Below are positions 10,110 through 23,889 of a stretch of 61,525 bases of DNA, piece after piece. The stretch covers positions 1 to 61,525 of the forward strand of contig CAJCDH010000034.1 in the NCBI GenBank assembly GCA_903961095.1, in the 5' to 3' direction. Source of the DNA: an uncultured Burkholderiales bacterium (lineage in GTDB: Bacteria > Pseudomonadota > Gammaproteobacteria > Burkholderiales > Burkholderiaceae_C). Numbering within the stretch: the stretch's first letter is position 1; each line of letters opens with the position of its first letter. Both the position numbers and the translations under genes were made by a program. Below the pieces are notes generated by a model, which was not told where the DNA came from, did not search any database, and was given only the letters and a program-made list of their open reading frames with translations.

Positions 10110-11615
10110 TTAATTTGTCGATTGAGGCGCAGATTTTGCCGCATGCTTAAGCGGAGTCGATTTTTTTGACGGCGTTGTAGGCTGCGATAGCAAGTAGTGC
10201 ACTAACAAGCCCACAGGTCGACCTGTGGCGCCTTTGGCCGCGCCACCTTTCCAAGCTGTTCCGGCAATGTCCAAATGCGCCCAAGGATACTTTTTGGTAA
10301 AACGATGCAGAAATTTGGCTGCTGTAATGGCACCCCCTGCGCGGCCTCCCACATTGGCGACATCAGCAAAATTGCTTTTCAAGGCTTCTGAATAAGCATC
10401 GTCGAGTGGCATTCTCCAGCAGAGATCATTGGCATCGTCGCCGGCCTTTTGCAGGCTCTGCGCCAAATCGTCTTCCGTTGCAAACATGCCTGAACGAATG
10501 GCGCCCAATGCAATCACGCATGCGCCCGTGAGTGTGGCAATGTCAATGACAGCTTTGGGCTTAAAGCGCTCAGCGTAGGTTAGGGCATCGCACAAAATCA
10601 AACGCCCTTCAGCATCGGTGTTCAAAATTTCGATGGTTTGCCCACTCATGCTGGTGACCACATCACCTGGCTTGACAGCCAATCCGTCTGGCATGTTTTC
10701 ACAAGCTGGAATGAGGCCCACGACATTGATCTTGGGTTTGATCAGGCTCAAAGATTGGAAAACGCCTAAGACACTGGCTGCGCCGCCCATGTCAAATTTC
10801 ATCTCATCCATCTCGGCGGCAGGCTTGAGGGAAATACCGCCGGTATCAAAAGTAATGCCCTTGCCGACCAACACGGTTGGCGCTTCAGATTTAGCGCCAC
10901 CTTGGTATTTCAAAACAATGAAGCGAAGCGGCTCAGCCGAGCCCTGCGCTACAGCCATGAAGGAGCCCATACCCAGCTTGGCCACTTCTTTGGGGCCTAG
11001 AACCTCGCAGCTGATGGCGGCTGATTTGGCCAAGGCTTGCGCGGCTTTGGCCAACATGCTGGGCGTTGCATGGTTGGCGGGTCGATTGGCCCATTCCTTG
11101 GCCAATTCAATACCTCGAATCGTGCCCACAGTGGTTTTAAAAGCATTTTCCAATGTGGCTGAAACGTTTGGCAAACCCAATGTGACCTGGCGCAAACTGC
11201 GTGCAGTGGGCTTTGATTTGGTTGTGCCGTACACATAGGTACCGTCGGCCAAGGCCACTAGCAAAATTTGCACACTTTGGGCGCTGCCCGCGTCGGTAGA
11301 CAAGATGCAAATGTCTTTGGTTTCGGATGACTTCAAGCTTGGAATCAGGGTTGAAATAGCCGATTTCAGGTCTTGAGGGTTAGCAGATCCGATGCCTAAA
11401 AAAACCACTTTGGATGCAGAAACACCTGGGCTTGAGTAGGTTTGAAGCATTTGACCCGACTTGGCGGAAAAGTCCTTGGCCTTCAAGGCTTTGGCAATCA
11501 GCGCTGAAAGTGGGTCTTTAGCGGCTTGAAATTGATCAGAAATGAGGACAATGAGTGTGTCCGTCACGAGTTTGCTGGCATTGGCCAGGCTAAGGGCTTT
11601 TAATTCGAAGTTCAT
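10110..11615 (-). CDS. pepA: Leucyl aminopeptidase (M17)
   Basis: VGKGITFDTGGISLK, MKFDMGG and NTDAEGRL motifs. Confidence 0.97.
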   Translation of the reverse strand: MNFELKALSLANASKLVTDTLIVLISDQFQAAKDPLSALIAKALKAKDFSAKSGQMLQTYSSPGVSASKVVFLGIGSANPQDLKSAISTLIPSLKSSETKDICILSTDAGSAQSVQILLVALADGTYVYGTTKSKPTARSLRQVTLGLPNVSATLENAFKTTVGTIRGIELAKEWANRPANHATPSMLAKAAQALAKSAAISCEVLGPKEVAKLGMGSFMAVAQGSAEPLRFIVLKYQGGAKSEAPTVLVGKGITFDTGGISLKPAAEMDEMKFDMGGAASVLGVFQSLSLIKPKINVVGLIPACENMPDGLAVKPGDVVTSMSGQTIEILNTDAEGRLILCDALTYAERFKPKAVIDIATLTGACVIALGAIRSGMFATEDDLAQSLQKAGDDANDLCWRMPLDDAYSEALKSNFADVANVGGRAGGAITAAKFLHRFTKKYPWAHLDIAGTAWKGGAAKGATGRPVGLLVHYLLSQPTTPSKKSTPLKHAAKSAPQSTN

Positions 11616-11638
11616 AATTGAGGTTTTCTAACGTAGCA

Positions 11639-12751
11639 ATGTTATTCCATTCTTCCATTCAAAAAGATCTGGCGCGAAGTTTTGGTGCCACCGTTGTGGT
11701 TTTGGCCACAATCGTGATGACCATTATTTTGATCCGTACTTTGGGCCAAGCTACCAAAGGCTCTGTCAATCCCTCAGAAGTGATGCAGGTAATGGGATTG
11801 ACCGTGATTGGTCACCTCACCACCATTTTGACACTGAGTTTGTTCATAGCGGTGGTCTCAACATTGTCGCGCATGTATGCCGACAGCGAAATGGTCATCT
11901 GGTTTTCAAGCGGAAGGGGCCTAACTTCATTTGCAAAACCTCTCCTTAAGTTTGCTGCGCCCATTTTATTGGCCATCGCATTACTGGCCCTCTTTATCTG
12001 GCCATGGAGCAACAAGCAAATTCAAGTTCTCAAAGACAGATACGAGCAGCGCAACGACATTGAACGAGTTGCACCAGGCCAATTTCAAGAGTCGTCTGGC
12101 GGCAAACGAGTTTTTTTCATAGACAAAGACAGTCCCAACAACCAAACAGGTCGAAACGTCTTTGTTTCAAGTGTGGATGGCATGATTGAGTCGGTCACCA
12201 CAGCGCAGCAGGGTCAAATTGAAATTCACGAAGGAGAGCGCTTTTTAAGTTTGCAGCGCGGTCAACAAATGTTGCGCAATCAACAAACCGGTGACGTTCG
12301 AATTACAGAGTTTCAAGACTATCAACTGCTCATAGACCCCTCATCAAAAATGACAGCCAGTGATTCGCAAAGTCGCTTGGTGAGCACACTGGGCCTCATC
12401 AAAGCACCGACCCCTGTTCATCTTGGCGAATTGTCTTGGCGCTTGGGCCTGCCACTTGCGGCGTTCAATTTACTGATCATGGGCCTTGCCGTAGCGAGTG
12501 TGAATCCCCGCATCGGAAAAAGCTATCACTTGGCACTCGCCCTCTTTTGCTTCGTAGGCTACTACAACATGGTCAATGTGGGTCAAAACTGGATTGGCTC
12601 GGGTAGAACGTCCCTCCCTGCTTTCATGATGACGCTTCATGGCGGCGCATTTTGCTTTGCCCTGACATGGCTTCTTTTCAGGCATTTCAATTTATCTTGG
12701 CGCAATGTTTGGTCGGTCCTTGTACCTCGTCATTCAAAGGGTGCAGCATGA
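11639..12751 (+). CDS. lptF: LPS export permease LptF
   Basis: 'DSEMVIW' and 'PGQFQES'; divergent from pepA and followed by lptG. Confidence 0.93.
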   Translation: MLFHSSIQKDLARSFGATVVVLATIVMTIILIRTLGQATKGSVNPSEVMQVMGLTVIGHLTTILTLSLFIAVVSTLSRMYADSEMVIWFSSGRGLTSFAKPLLKFAAPILLAIALLALFIWPWSNKQIQVLKDRYEQRNDIERVAPGQFQESSGGKRVFFIDKDSPNNQTGRNVFVSSVDGMIESVTTAQQGQIEIHEGERFLSLQRGQQMLRNQQTGDVRITEFQDYQLLIDPSSKMTASDSQSRLVSTLGLIKAPTPVHLGELSWRLGLPLAAFNLLIMGLAVASVNPRIGKSYHLALALFCFVGYYNMVNVGQNWIGSGRTSLPAFMMTLHGGAFCFALTWLLFRHFNLSWRNVWSVLVPRHSKGAA

Positions 12752-13854
12752 AGACAATTCGAAGATTAATTCACGGTGAAATTATTCGGGCGGTTAGCTT
12801 CGTGGCTTTGGGTTTTTTAGCGCTGTTTGTTTTTTTTGACTTGGTCGACCAACTTCAAACGCTAAGCCGAAGCAAATTTCAGGGCTACCAACTTCAGCAC
12901 GCTTTGATGTATGTGGCCCTGCTCATGCCAAGTCATTTGTACGAATTGCTGCCCATTTCCGTTCTAATTGGCTCTATTTTTGTCATGGCGCGCTTTGCAC
13001 AAAGCTCTGAGTTCACCATCTTAAGAACGGGCGGACTAGGGCCATGGCGTGCCCTTCATACCCTCTTTCAGTTGGGTCTTATTTTCGTGACTGTCACTTT
13101 CATTGTGGGCGACTACATCTCGCCTTGGACTGACAAGCAAGCGCAACTTTTAAAAGCCCATTACCAAGGTCAGATTACGGTTGGGCAGACAGGTGCTTGG
13201 TTGAGGGAAAAACAAGAGGGCTCGCAGTTCGCGGTCAATGTCAAATCGATGAGCAGCGAAGGCCAACCCGAGAACATTCGCATTCATGAGTTTGACATCG
13301 ATGGACGGCTTAAATCCATGACACTTGCACCGACAGCGCAAATCATGGCTGATGGCGCTTGGCTTTTGCAAGCTGTTGATCGCAGAATTTTTCAAAGCAC
13401 CAACACCCAAGAACCTCGAGTTGAAATGGCCAATCTTCCACAATGGACATGGAAAACGGAGATTACATCTGAGATGATTTCAGCCGCTTTGCTAAGTCCA
13501 GATCGCATGAAGACCATCGACCTATTTCAATACATGCGGCATTTAGCGGCAAATGGACAAAGTGCGCAACGCTACGAAATTGAATTTTGGCGAAAGGTGT
13601 TCTACCCTTTAAGTTGCTGGGTCATGCTGACATTGGCTTTGCCATTTGCCTACTTGCACTTTCGATCTGGCAATATTGCAGGCTATGTTTTTGGCGGTGT
13701 CATGGCAGGCATCAGTTTTTATTTATTGAACAACGTTTTTGGCTTCATGGGCAATTTGCAAAACTGGCAGCCTTGGCTAACCGCCGCCGCCCCAGCCATC
13801 ATTTACAGTTTGGTCTCACTGGCTACTTTTTGGTGGCTGGTCTTGCGTCAATAA
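12748..13854 (+). CDS. lptG: LPS export permease LptG
   Basis: 'YELLPISVLIG' and 'SSEFTILRTGG'; ATGA overlap with the lptF stop. Confidence 0.93.
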   Translation: MKTIRRLIHGEIIRAVSFVALGFLALFVFFDLVDQLQTLSRSKFQGYQLQHALMYVALLMPSHLYELLPISVLIGSIFVMARFAQSSEFTILRTGGLGPWRALHTLFQLGLIFVTVTFIVGDYISPWTDKQAQLLKAHYQGQITVGQTGAWLREKQEGSQFAVNVKSMSSEGQPENIRIHEFDIDGRLKSMTLAPTAQIMADGAWLLQAVDRRIFQSTNTQEPRVEMANLPQWTWKTEITSEMISAALLSPDRMKTIDLFQYMRHLAANGQSAQRYEIEFWRKVFYPLSCWVMLTLALPFAYLHFRSGNIAGYVFGGVMAGISFYLLNNVFGFMGNLQNWQPWLTAAAPAIIYSLVSLATFWWLVLRQ

Positions 13855-13867
13855 GGATTTGCGTTTC

Positions 13868-14242
13868 ATGTCGACCACTGTCACCCAACATGCTGTCATT
13901 TTGTTTGCTCACGGCTCACGCGACACGCTTTGGCGCCGTCCAATTGAGGCTGTGGCCCAACGCATCAAGCAACTCTCGCCCGCCACTGTGGTGGCTTGCG
14001 CTTATCTAGAGTTAACCGAGCCCGATTTGGCAGCCACAGTTGCACTCTTGGTTGAAACAGGTATTCACTCCGTTCGAATTGTTCCCATGTTTTTAGGGGT
14101 AGGCAAACACGCCAGAGAAGACCTTCCCTTGCTGGTACAAGAACTCAAAATTCAGTACCCCCATGTCTCTTTTGAGTTGCGTCAGGCCATTGGCGAGGAA
14201 GATGAGCTCGTTCATGCCATGGCAGCGATTGCTCTGCGTTAG
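13868..14242 (+). CDS. Sirohydrochlorin chelatase, CbiX/SirB N-terminal domain protein
   Basis: 'FAHGSRD', 'AYLELTEPDL' and 'PMFLGVGKH' motifs. Confidence 0.88.
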   Translation: MSTTVTQHAVILFAHGSRDTLWRRPIEAVAQRIKQLSPATVVACAYLELTEPDLAATVALLVETGIHSVRIVPMFLGVGKHAREDLPLLVQELKIQYPHVSFELRQAIGEEDELVHAMAAIALR

Positions 14243-14343
14243 TTCTGAAATTCAGCGATTCACATTCAACAAGGGGCTGAGCCTGAAAACGGCTCCTTAG
14301 ATCAATAAGGCATAATGAACCCATTCTTACTGGGCATATTGTT

Positions 14344-15285
14344 ATGAACTTACATCAATTTCGATTTGTACAAGAGGCTGCACGTCGCAATTTGAACCTG
14401 ACTGAAGCAGCCAAGGCGCTTCACACATCGCAGCCTGGGGTTTCAAAAGCGATCATTGAGCTGGAACAAGAACTGGGCATCGACATCTTCGCCCGACATG
14501 GCAAAAGACTTAAACGCATTACTGAACCTGGGCAACTTGTTCTGAAAAGCATTGAAGTCATCATGCGAGAAATTGGGAACTTGAAGAAAATTGGCGATCA
14601 ATACAGTGCCCAGAACAATGGCACGCTTTCGATTGCAACCACCCATACCCAAGCACGCTATGTGTTGCCATTGCCAGTGGCCAAATTGCGCGAACTGTAT
14701 CCACAAGTGAACATCAGTTTGCATCAAGGCTCGCCAGATCAAGTGGCAAAAATGCTGTTGGATGACACGGCAGAAATTGGCATGGCAACCGAATCTTTGG
14801 CCAATTACGAAGATCTTGTCACCCTGCCTTGTTATGAGTGGCAACACATGTTGGTGTTACCGCCAGACCACCCCTTGGCTCACAAAAAACAGCTGCATTT
14901 AGAAGACATTGCCAAAGAGCCGCTCATCACTTACCACCCTTCGTTTACCGGACGAACCAAGATTGATGCAGCCTTTGCCAGCAAAAAGTTGCACCCCCGC
15001 ATTGCGCTTGAGGCCATTGACTCCGATGTGATCAAAACATATGTGCGCTTAGGCTTAGGCGTTGGAATTGTGGCTGAAATGGCCATGAAAGACGACCCTG
15101 TGAGCGATTTAATGGCACGTCCTTTAGGTGATTTGTTGGGGAAAAATGTCGCCAGGGTTGCTTTCAAACGCGGCGCTTATCTCCGAAACTTTGTCTATCA
15201 GTTTGCAGAATTATTGAGCGACCGTTTGACCGCATCTTTGGTTGCCAAAGCCATGACGGGACATGTCAATGACTACGAACTTTGA
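14344..15285 (+). CDS. cysB: CysB family LysR regulator
   Basis: 'LHTSQPGVSK', 'ATTHTQARY' and 'DSDVIKTYV'. Confidence 0.93.
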   Translation: MNLHQFRFVQEAARRNLNLTEAAKALHTSQPGVSKAIIELEQELGIDIFARHGKRLKRITEPGQLVLKSIEVIMREIGNLKKIGDQYSAQNNGTLSIATTHTQARYVLPLPVAKLRELYPQVNISLHQGSPDQVAKMLLDDTAEIGMATESLANYEDLVTLPCYEWQHMLVLPPDHPLAHKKQLHLEDIAKEPLITYHPSFTGRTKIDAAFASKKLHPRIALEAIDSDVIKTYVRLGLGVGIVAEMAMKDDPVSDLMARPLGDLLGKNVARVAFKRGAYLRNFVYQFAELLSDRLTASLVAKAMTGHVNDYEL

Positions 15286-15304
15286 AGACACACCACAAGC
15301 CATC

Positions 15305-16461
15305 ATGACGCCACAACTCATTTCAAAACACCCCAAAATGGGGACTACTATTTTCACAGTCATGTCTGGGTTGGCCGCCGAAACGGGTGCTGTCAATTTG
15401 GGTCAAGGATTTCCCGACTTCGAATGCGATCCAGTCCTTGTCAACGCCGTGACAAAAGCGATGCAGGAAGGACTGAATCAATACCCGCTTATGCCAGGTG
15501 TTATGCCCTTGCGCGTTGCTGTTTCAGACAAAATTGAAAAACTGTATGGCCACCGCTACGATGCCCAAACAGAAATCACAATCACAGCAGGTGCGACGCA
15601 AGCTTTGATCACCATCATGCTGGCAGTTGTGCATCCTGGTGATGAGGTCATTGTGCTCGAGCCTTGTTACGACTGTTATGTACCCAACGTAGAAATGGCA
15701 GGAGGAGTGGTCGTTCGAGCACCCTTGACACCCGGCACATTCAAGCCAGACTTTGACAAAATTCAAGCCGCCATTTCTTCAAAAACTCGCGCCATCTTGA
15801 TCAATTCACCGCACAACCCAAGTGGCATGGTTTGGCGGCACGAAGACATGCTTAAATTGCAGGAAATTTTGGCACCAACTGACATATTGCTCATCAGTGA
15901 TGAAGTCTATGAGCACATGGTTTATGAACCACTTCAGCATCACAGCGCAAGTTCCTACAAAGGCCTTGCTGCGCGTGCATTTGTCGTCTCAAGTTTTGGC
16001 AAAAGTTACCATGTGACTGGCTGGAAAGTTGGCACCGTTGCTGCGCCCGCTTCACTCACCGCTGAATTTCGCAAAGTCCATCAATTCAATGTTTTTACAG
16101 TCAATACACCGGTGCAGTTTGGCTTGGCAAGCTATATGGCAGACCCCAAACCTTATTTAGATTTGCCAAAGTTTTACCAACGCAAACGGGATCTCTTCAG
16201 ACAAGGACTGTCAACAACCAAGTTCAAACTTCTGCCAGGTGAAGGAACCTATTTTCAATGTGCCGACATCTCCAATCTTTCGGTACCGGAAAAAGATTTG
16301 GGTGAAGCAGAGTTTTGCAAATGGTTAACACGCGAAATTGGCGTTGCCGCCATACCCATGTCGGCCTTTTACGGCAGCTCATTTGACCAAAGTGTGATCC
16401 GTTTTTGTTTTGCCAAGAAAGACAGCACCTTGCAAGCTGCCATTGAAAGACTTGCCAAACT

Positions 16462-16465
<4 letters not shown>
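15305..16465 (+). CDS. PLP-dependent class I aminotransferase (methionine aminotransferase YbdL-like)
   Basis: 'GTTIFTVMS', 'NLGQGFPDF', 'SDEVYEH', and '[15 protein letters not shown]' containing the PLP lysine. Confidence 0.9.
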
Positions 16466-19129
<2,664 letters not shown>

Positions 19130-19133
19130 TCAA

Positions 19134-20183
19134 TTATGAAAACAAGCGACGTGCTTGTGGTGACCCAGCGGACAATTCTCGCTGGTCAAGGGCATCGTAG
19201 AGTTGCTCTAAATCTAGGGCGATGGCATTCAAATCGGACTCGTTCAAAGCATGACCTGCACCATCAGTAATGACGCCATCCATCTCCTTGCCCAAGATAC
19301 GCGCGGCCTCTCGCAATCTCGCAAAAGCCTGCTCTTCTCGAGGCACCTGAGGCACATCAAGGCTGAGTGTGAATTCACGGATGGCTGACAAAGCGGGGTC
19401 ATCTGCCATGGCTGCCTGTGTATCGAAAGACAAAGACAAAATGGGTGGCAGTCCTTGAACAGCAGCAGCCAAGACCATGCGTCCCGGAATCACCCCTGCC
19501 ACAAAACCCCAACGTGCTGCATGTTGATGTATGTAACCAGGACTCCAAGCTGCCGATGTGGCACACAAAGTAAAGCTGAGTTGCGCGTCGTGTGCACTGG
19601 CAAATTGGTCTAACTCACGAGCCCGGGCCACCTCTTCGAGCATGTCTGGAAACTCTGGAGAGCCGCCAATAGAGTCGGCAAAGGCTTGCGCTTTGATGAC
19701 AAACTCCGAGAACTCTATTTCATTCAGAGCGCCAACACGGTTGGCCAATTGAACCCCCGCTTGAAACAAGTGATACCGACGACCAGCCACTGGCATTTCC
19801 CATTCACCCGTTGTGTCATTCAAACCTTCCACTGCAAAAGGCTTGGTGCCGACACGTCGCGTGGCTGGCAAAGCCGCCAAAGCAGCATCACCAGAAACCT
19901 GAACATCAACCTCAATGGCAGCAATCACATCAATCAGTGCATCAAGAGGCGGTTTCTTTTCTGGCACAGGCAGAATGTCTAGCGCATCGTCCAAAAAAGA
20001 AGGATCTTGCGGGTCTTTGCGATCTGCCAAAGAAGAATTGAGGGAAGAATCGAGACCCGAACCAGACGATTCGGGCGCAGCTTGGCGTGGAGAATTTTGC
20101 CGAGCGGTCCAGAGGTTGTACAAAACGACACCCACCAGGGTTAGACCGCCAACGATTAACAAACTGTTTTGCAATGAACTCAT
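19134..20183 (-). CDS. ZipA-like cell division protein (N-terminal membrane anchor, FtsZ-binding C-terminal domain)
   Basis: N-terminal TM helix, 'GVQLANRVGALNEIEFSEF' and 'LDVPQV'; conserved position between smc and ligA. Confidence 0.8.
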   Translation of the reverse strand: MSSLQNSLLIVGGLTLVGVVLYNLWTARQNSPRQAAPESSGSGLDSSLNSSLADRKDPQDPSFLDDALDILPVPEKKPPLDALIDVIAAIEVDVQVSGDAALAALPATRRVGTKPFAVEGLNDTTGEWEMPVAGRRYHLFQAGVQLANRVGALNEIEFSEFVIKAQAFADSIGGSPEFPDMLEEVARARELDQFASAHDAQLSFTLCATSAAWSPGYIHQHAARWGFVAGVIPGRMVLAAAVQGLPPILSLSFDTQAAMADDPALSAIREFTLSLDVPQVPREEQAFARLREAARILGKEMDGVITDGAGHALNESDLNAIALDLEQLYDALDQRELSAGSPQARRLFS

Positions 20184-20226
20184 GATGGGGATGCAAACGG
20201 GGTATGTGAATAAAAATACAGTTAAT

Positions 20227-23200
20227 TTAAGTCAACTCGGCCATCGACACTGCGGCCTCCATGTCGACCGCCACAATGCGTGAAACACCCTGCTCTTGCA
20301 TGGTCACACCAATCAATTGCTCTGCCATTTCCATGGCAATTTTGTTGTGACTGATAAACAAGAACTGGGTTTCTTTGCCCATGCTCTTCACCAACTTGGC
20401 ATAGCGTTCGGTGTTGGTATCGTCAAGCGGCGCATCGACCTCGTCGAGCAAACAGAACGGTGCTGGATTGAGTTGGAAAATTGCAAACACCAAGGCAATG
20501 GCTGTCAGCGCCTTTTCGCCGCCTGACAAAAGGTGAATGGTTTGATTTTTTTTGCCTGGCGGTTGCGCCATGACCTGGACGCCTGAGTCCAAAATCTCCT
20601 CCCCCGTCATGACCAAACGAGCATGACCACCACCAAACAATTCGGGGAACATGCGTCCAAAATGTTCGTTCACAATTTTGAATGTGCCCGCCAAGAGATC
20701 TCGGGTTTCTGCGTCGATTTTCTTGATGGCATCTTCCAAAGTGGTCATGGCTTCGGTCAGGTCGGCCGTTTGCGCATCAAGGAAAAGTTTGCGTTCACGG
20801 GAAACCGTTAACTCATCCAAAGCTGCCAAGTTGACAGCGCCCAAGGCTGCTATTTCGCGATTAAGTCGATCAATTTCAGATTGCATTCCAGGCAATTTGA
20901 CATTGCCCTCTTCAATCGATTTGGCCAAGGCTTGTAAATCAGCCTCAGCGTCAATGAGCAACTGGGTGTATTGCTCAAGTCCTAAGCGGAAAGCCTGCTC
21001 TTTCAGCTGCAATTCTGTAATTCTTTGTCGCAATGGATCAAGCTCACGCTCAAAACTCATGCGGCGCTCATCACTGGCGCGCAATCGAGCAGTCAGGTCG
21101 TCGTACTCGCTGCGCTTGGCACCCAAGACTTTTTCACGCTCCATTTTCAAGGCCAGCGCATTTTGCAAACCAGCTTGGGCAGCTGCATCGGTCAGACGCG
21201 ACAACTCTTCTATGGCACGCTCTTGTTCGGCTGCAATACTTTGAATTTGCTGATCCGCAGTTTCAAGCCCCCGCTGTAATTCAGAGCGCCTAGCTTCAAG
21301 ACTGCGTTGTGAGAAAGTAGCTTCTTGAGACAAGCGTTCAAGGGATCGCTGTTGCTCACGGCATTCGGAGAGCTTGCGTTCGGCCTCAATCACGCGCTCA
21401 TCCAATTGAGCATGGCGTTCTTGACTGTCAGCCAATTGCATATCGAGTTCTTCGAAACGACCCTCAGCGGTCATTCGACGTTCTTGCAAATCTTCCAAGC
21501 CGAGATCGACTTCAGACATGTCGCTGGCAATTTGCTCGCTTCGAGCACGCGTTTGCTCAGCCCATTGCGAAAGTCGAAGTGTTTCCACTTGGAGTTCATG
21601 TGCCTTAGATTGGGCCACTGAAGACTCTTGACGCACAGCAACCAAGCGCTGAGCCGCATCTGAATAGGCGGCTTCTGCACGCACAGAAGCAGATCGTGTC
21701 TCTTCAGCAATCAAGGTTTGAGCACGCAATTGTTTTTCAAAGTTTTCGATGTCTTGAGCTCGCGCCAAGAGACCGGCTTGTTCTGAATCGGGGGCGTAAA
21801 AACTGACACTGTGCTTGCCAATGGCATGGCCAGCTTGCACCACCAAGCTCTCAGAGCCCTGGAGTTGATCACGCCAAGCCATGGCATCTTCTAAGGAAGG
21901 TGCAGTGAAGTAGCCTTGCAACCAATCGGTCAATAAGGCTGTGAGGCCTGCATCAGAAAGCCTGAGCAAATCTGAAAGCGGGCGACATGCTGCAGGCAAG
22001 CCTTTACGAGCAGTCGATTGACTGGCATTGGGGGGTGAATAAAAAGAGAGTTTGGCGGGCGGCGCGTCGTTGGCAAATGCCTTCACCATGTCTAAACGAG
22101 AAACTTCGAGGGAAGATAAACGCTCCCGAAGCGCTGACTCCATGGCATTTTCCCAACCGGGTTCCATGTGGATTTTGCTCCACAAGCCCTGTAACTCTTG
22201 CAGGCCGTGCTTGGTTAACCAAGGCTTTAACTTGCCGTCGGTTTTCACCTTTTCTTGAAGTGATTTGAGAGCTTCAATTTTGGCAGTGAGATCTGCCAAC
22301 TTGGCAGATTCATCGTTGACCGCCTGCTGTTGATCGCGACGCGCCTGATCTAAATGGGGCGTTTGAGTCTCTAAGGCTTGAAGTCGAACATGGCTCTCTT
22401 TGGCCAAAGCATCAGCTTGCGCTAATTGCTCTTGCAAATGAATCAGTTTCTGCTCGTCGGGTGCATCTAAAGCATTTCGATCAGCCACCAAGCGCTCGCT
22501 TCTAAGGGTGAGCTGACGAGTTTGGTCTTCAATATTCCTTTGATCAGCAGCGAGCACTTGAATTTGCTGCTGAACCTGGACCACGCTGCTTCTTTGCTCA
22601 TTGGCCTTGGCTTGGGCTAGTCTTAAAGCTTCTTCAAGCTCGGGCAAAGCTTGCGCTTGGTCCTCAACCTGTGCGGCCAGTGTGAGCGTTTGATCTTCTG
22701 CTTGCAATGCTTGTTCAGCCAAGGACTCGAGTTCTGCTTGGGCATGCAATTGCCGGTCGGACCAGTCTGTGGTTTGCGCCTGCAATTGGGCCAAGCGCTG
22801 CTCGGCACGCTGACGTCCTTCAACGACAAATCTAATTTCTGCCTCTAGGCGGCCAACTTCTGCACTGGCCTCATACAAATGCCCTTGTGCTTGGTTCACT
22901 TGATCGCCTGCTGCGTAGTGGGCTTGGCGAACCGTCTCTAGCTCCGCTTCAACATGTCGCAAATCGGCAATACGGGCTTCTAAATCAATGACGGCTTTGT
23001 CGACATCGGCCTTAATTTTGACCTGATCGGTTTCAGCATCAGCGCGTTTGATAAACCAAAGTTGTTGTTGCTTGAGAGTGCTGTCGGCTTTTAAAGCATT
23101 GAAGCGCTGAGCCACTTCCGCTTGCTTTTCCAACTTTTCTAAGTTGGCGTTCAGTTCTCGCAAAATATCTTCTACACGCGTCAAGTTTTCACGTGTATCG

Positions 23201-23754
23201 GACAATCGATTTTCGGTTTCGCGTCGACGCTCTTTGTATTTTGAAACACCCGCTGCCTCTTCAAGAAACAAACGCAACTCTTCGGGTCTTGACTCAATGA
23301 TTCGGCTGATGGTGCCCTGACCAATGATGGCGTAAGCGCGGGGGCCGAGGCCGGTACCCAAGAAAACATCTTGCACGTCGCGCCGGCGAACAGGCTGGTT
23401 ATTGATGAAATAACTGCTGTTGCCATCACGTGTCAAAACACGTTTCACGGCTATTTCTGCAAACTGCCCCCATTGACCACCAGCACGATGGTCTGCGTTG
23501 TCAAATAGCAATTCAACGCTGGCTCGGCTTGCTGCTTTGCGGGTGTTGGTGCCATTGAAGATCACGTCTTGCATGGATTCGCCACGCAACTCGGAGGCTT
23601 TGGACTCGCCTAGAACCCAACGGCAGGCGTCCATGATGTTGGATTTACCGCAACCATTGGGGCCGACAACACCAACCAACTGTCCGGGCAAGACAAAATT
23701 GGTGGGCTCTGCAAAGGATTTGAATCCAGATAATTTGATGGAATTGAGGCGCAC
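20227..23754 (-). CDS. smc: Chromosome segregation protein SMC
   Basis: GFKSF, GPNGCGKSN, long coiled coils, LSGGEK and LDEVDAPLD. GTG start at 23754. Confidence 0.97.
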   Translation of the reverse strand: MRLNSIKLSGFKSFAEPTNFVLPGQLVGVVGPNGCGKSNIMDACRWVLGESKASELRGESMQDVIFNGTNTRKAASRASVELLFDNADHRAGGQWGQFAEIAVKRVLTRDGNSSYFINNQPVRRRDVQDVFLGTGLGPRAYAIIGQGTISRIIESRPEELRLFLEEAAGVSKYKERRRETENRLSDTRENLTRVEDILRELNANLEKLEKQAEVAQRFNALKADSTLKQQQLWFIKRADAETDQVKIKADVDKAVIDLEARIADLRHVEAELETVRQAHYAAGDQVNQAQGHLYEASAEVGRLEAEIRFVVEGRQRAEQRLAQLQAQTTDWSDRQLHAQAELESLAEQALQAEDQTLTLAAQVEDQAQALPELEEALRLAQAKANEQRSSVVQVQQQIQVLAADQRNIEDQTRQLTLRSERLVADRNALDAPDEQKLIHLQEQLAQADALAKESHVRLQALETQTPHLDQARRDQQQAVNDESAKLADLTAKIEALKSLQEKVKTDGKLKPWLTKHGLQELQGLWSKIHMEPGWENAMESALRERLSSLEVSRLDMVKAFANDAPPAKLSFYSPPNASQSTARKGLPAACRPLSDLLRLSDAGLTALLTDWLQGYFTAPSLEDAMAWRDQLQGSESLVVQAGHAIGKHSVSFYAPDSEQAGLLARAQDIENFEKQLRAQTLIAEETRSASVRAEAAYSDAAQRLVAVRQESSVAQSKAHELQVETLRLSQWAEQTRARSEQIASDMSEVDLGLEDLQERRMTAEGRFEELDMQLADSQERHAQLDERVIEAERKLSECREQQRSLERLSQEATFSQRSLEARRSELQRGLETADQQIQSIAAEQERAIEELSRLTDAAAQAGLQNALALKMEREKVLGAKRSEYDDLTARLRASDERRMSFERELDPLRQRITELQLKEQAFRLGLEQYTQLLIDAEADLQALAKSIEEGNVKLPGMQSEIDRLNREIAALGAVNLAALDELTVSRERKLFLDAQTADLTEAMTTLEDAIKKIDAETRDLLAGTFKIVNEHFGRMFPELFGGGHARLVMTGEEILDSGVQVMAQPPGKKNQTIHLLSGGEKALTAIALVFAIFQLNPAPFCLLDEVDAPLDDTNTERYAKLVKSMGKETQFLFISHNKIAMEMAEQLIGVTMQEQGVSRIVAVDMEAAVSMAELT

Positions 23755-23889
23755 AGCAGTCAGAAATAGGGTCGAGGGGCACACCTTGTGCCCGAAGTTG
23801 CCATGTTAACCGACCCAATGGCCCAATCAGGCCAGAAATCGCTTCAAATTGAGGCCGAAAATGGCATCACAATCCCGGATAATTGGAGG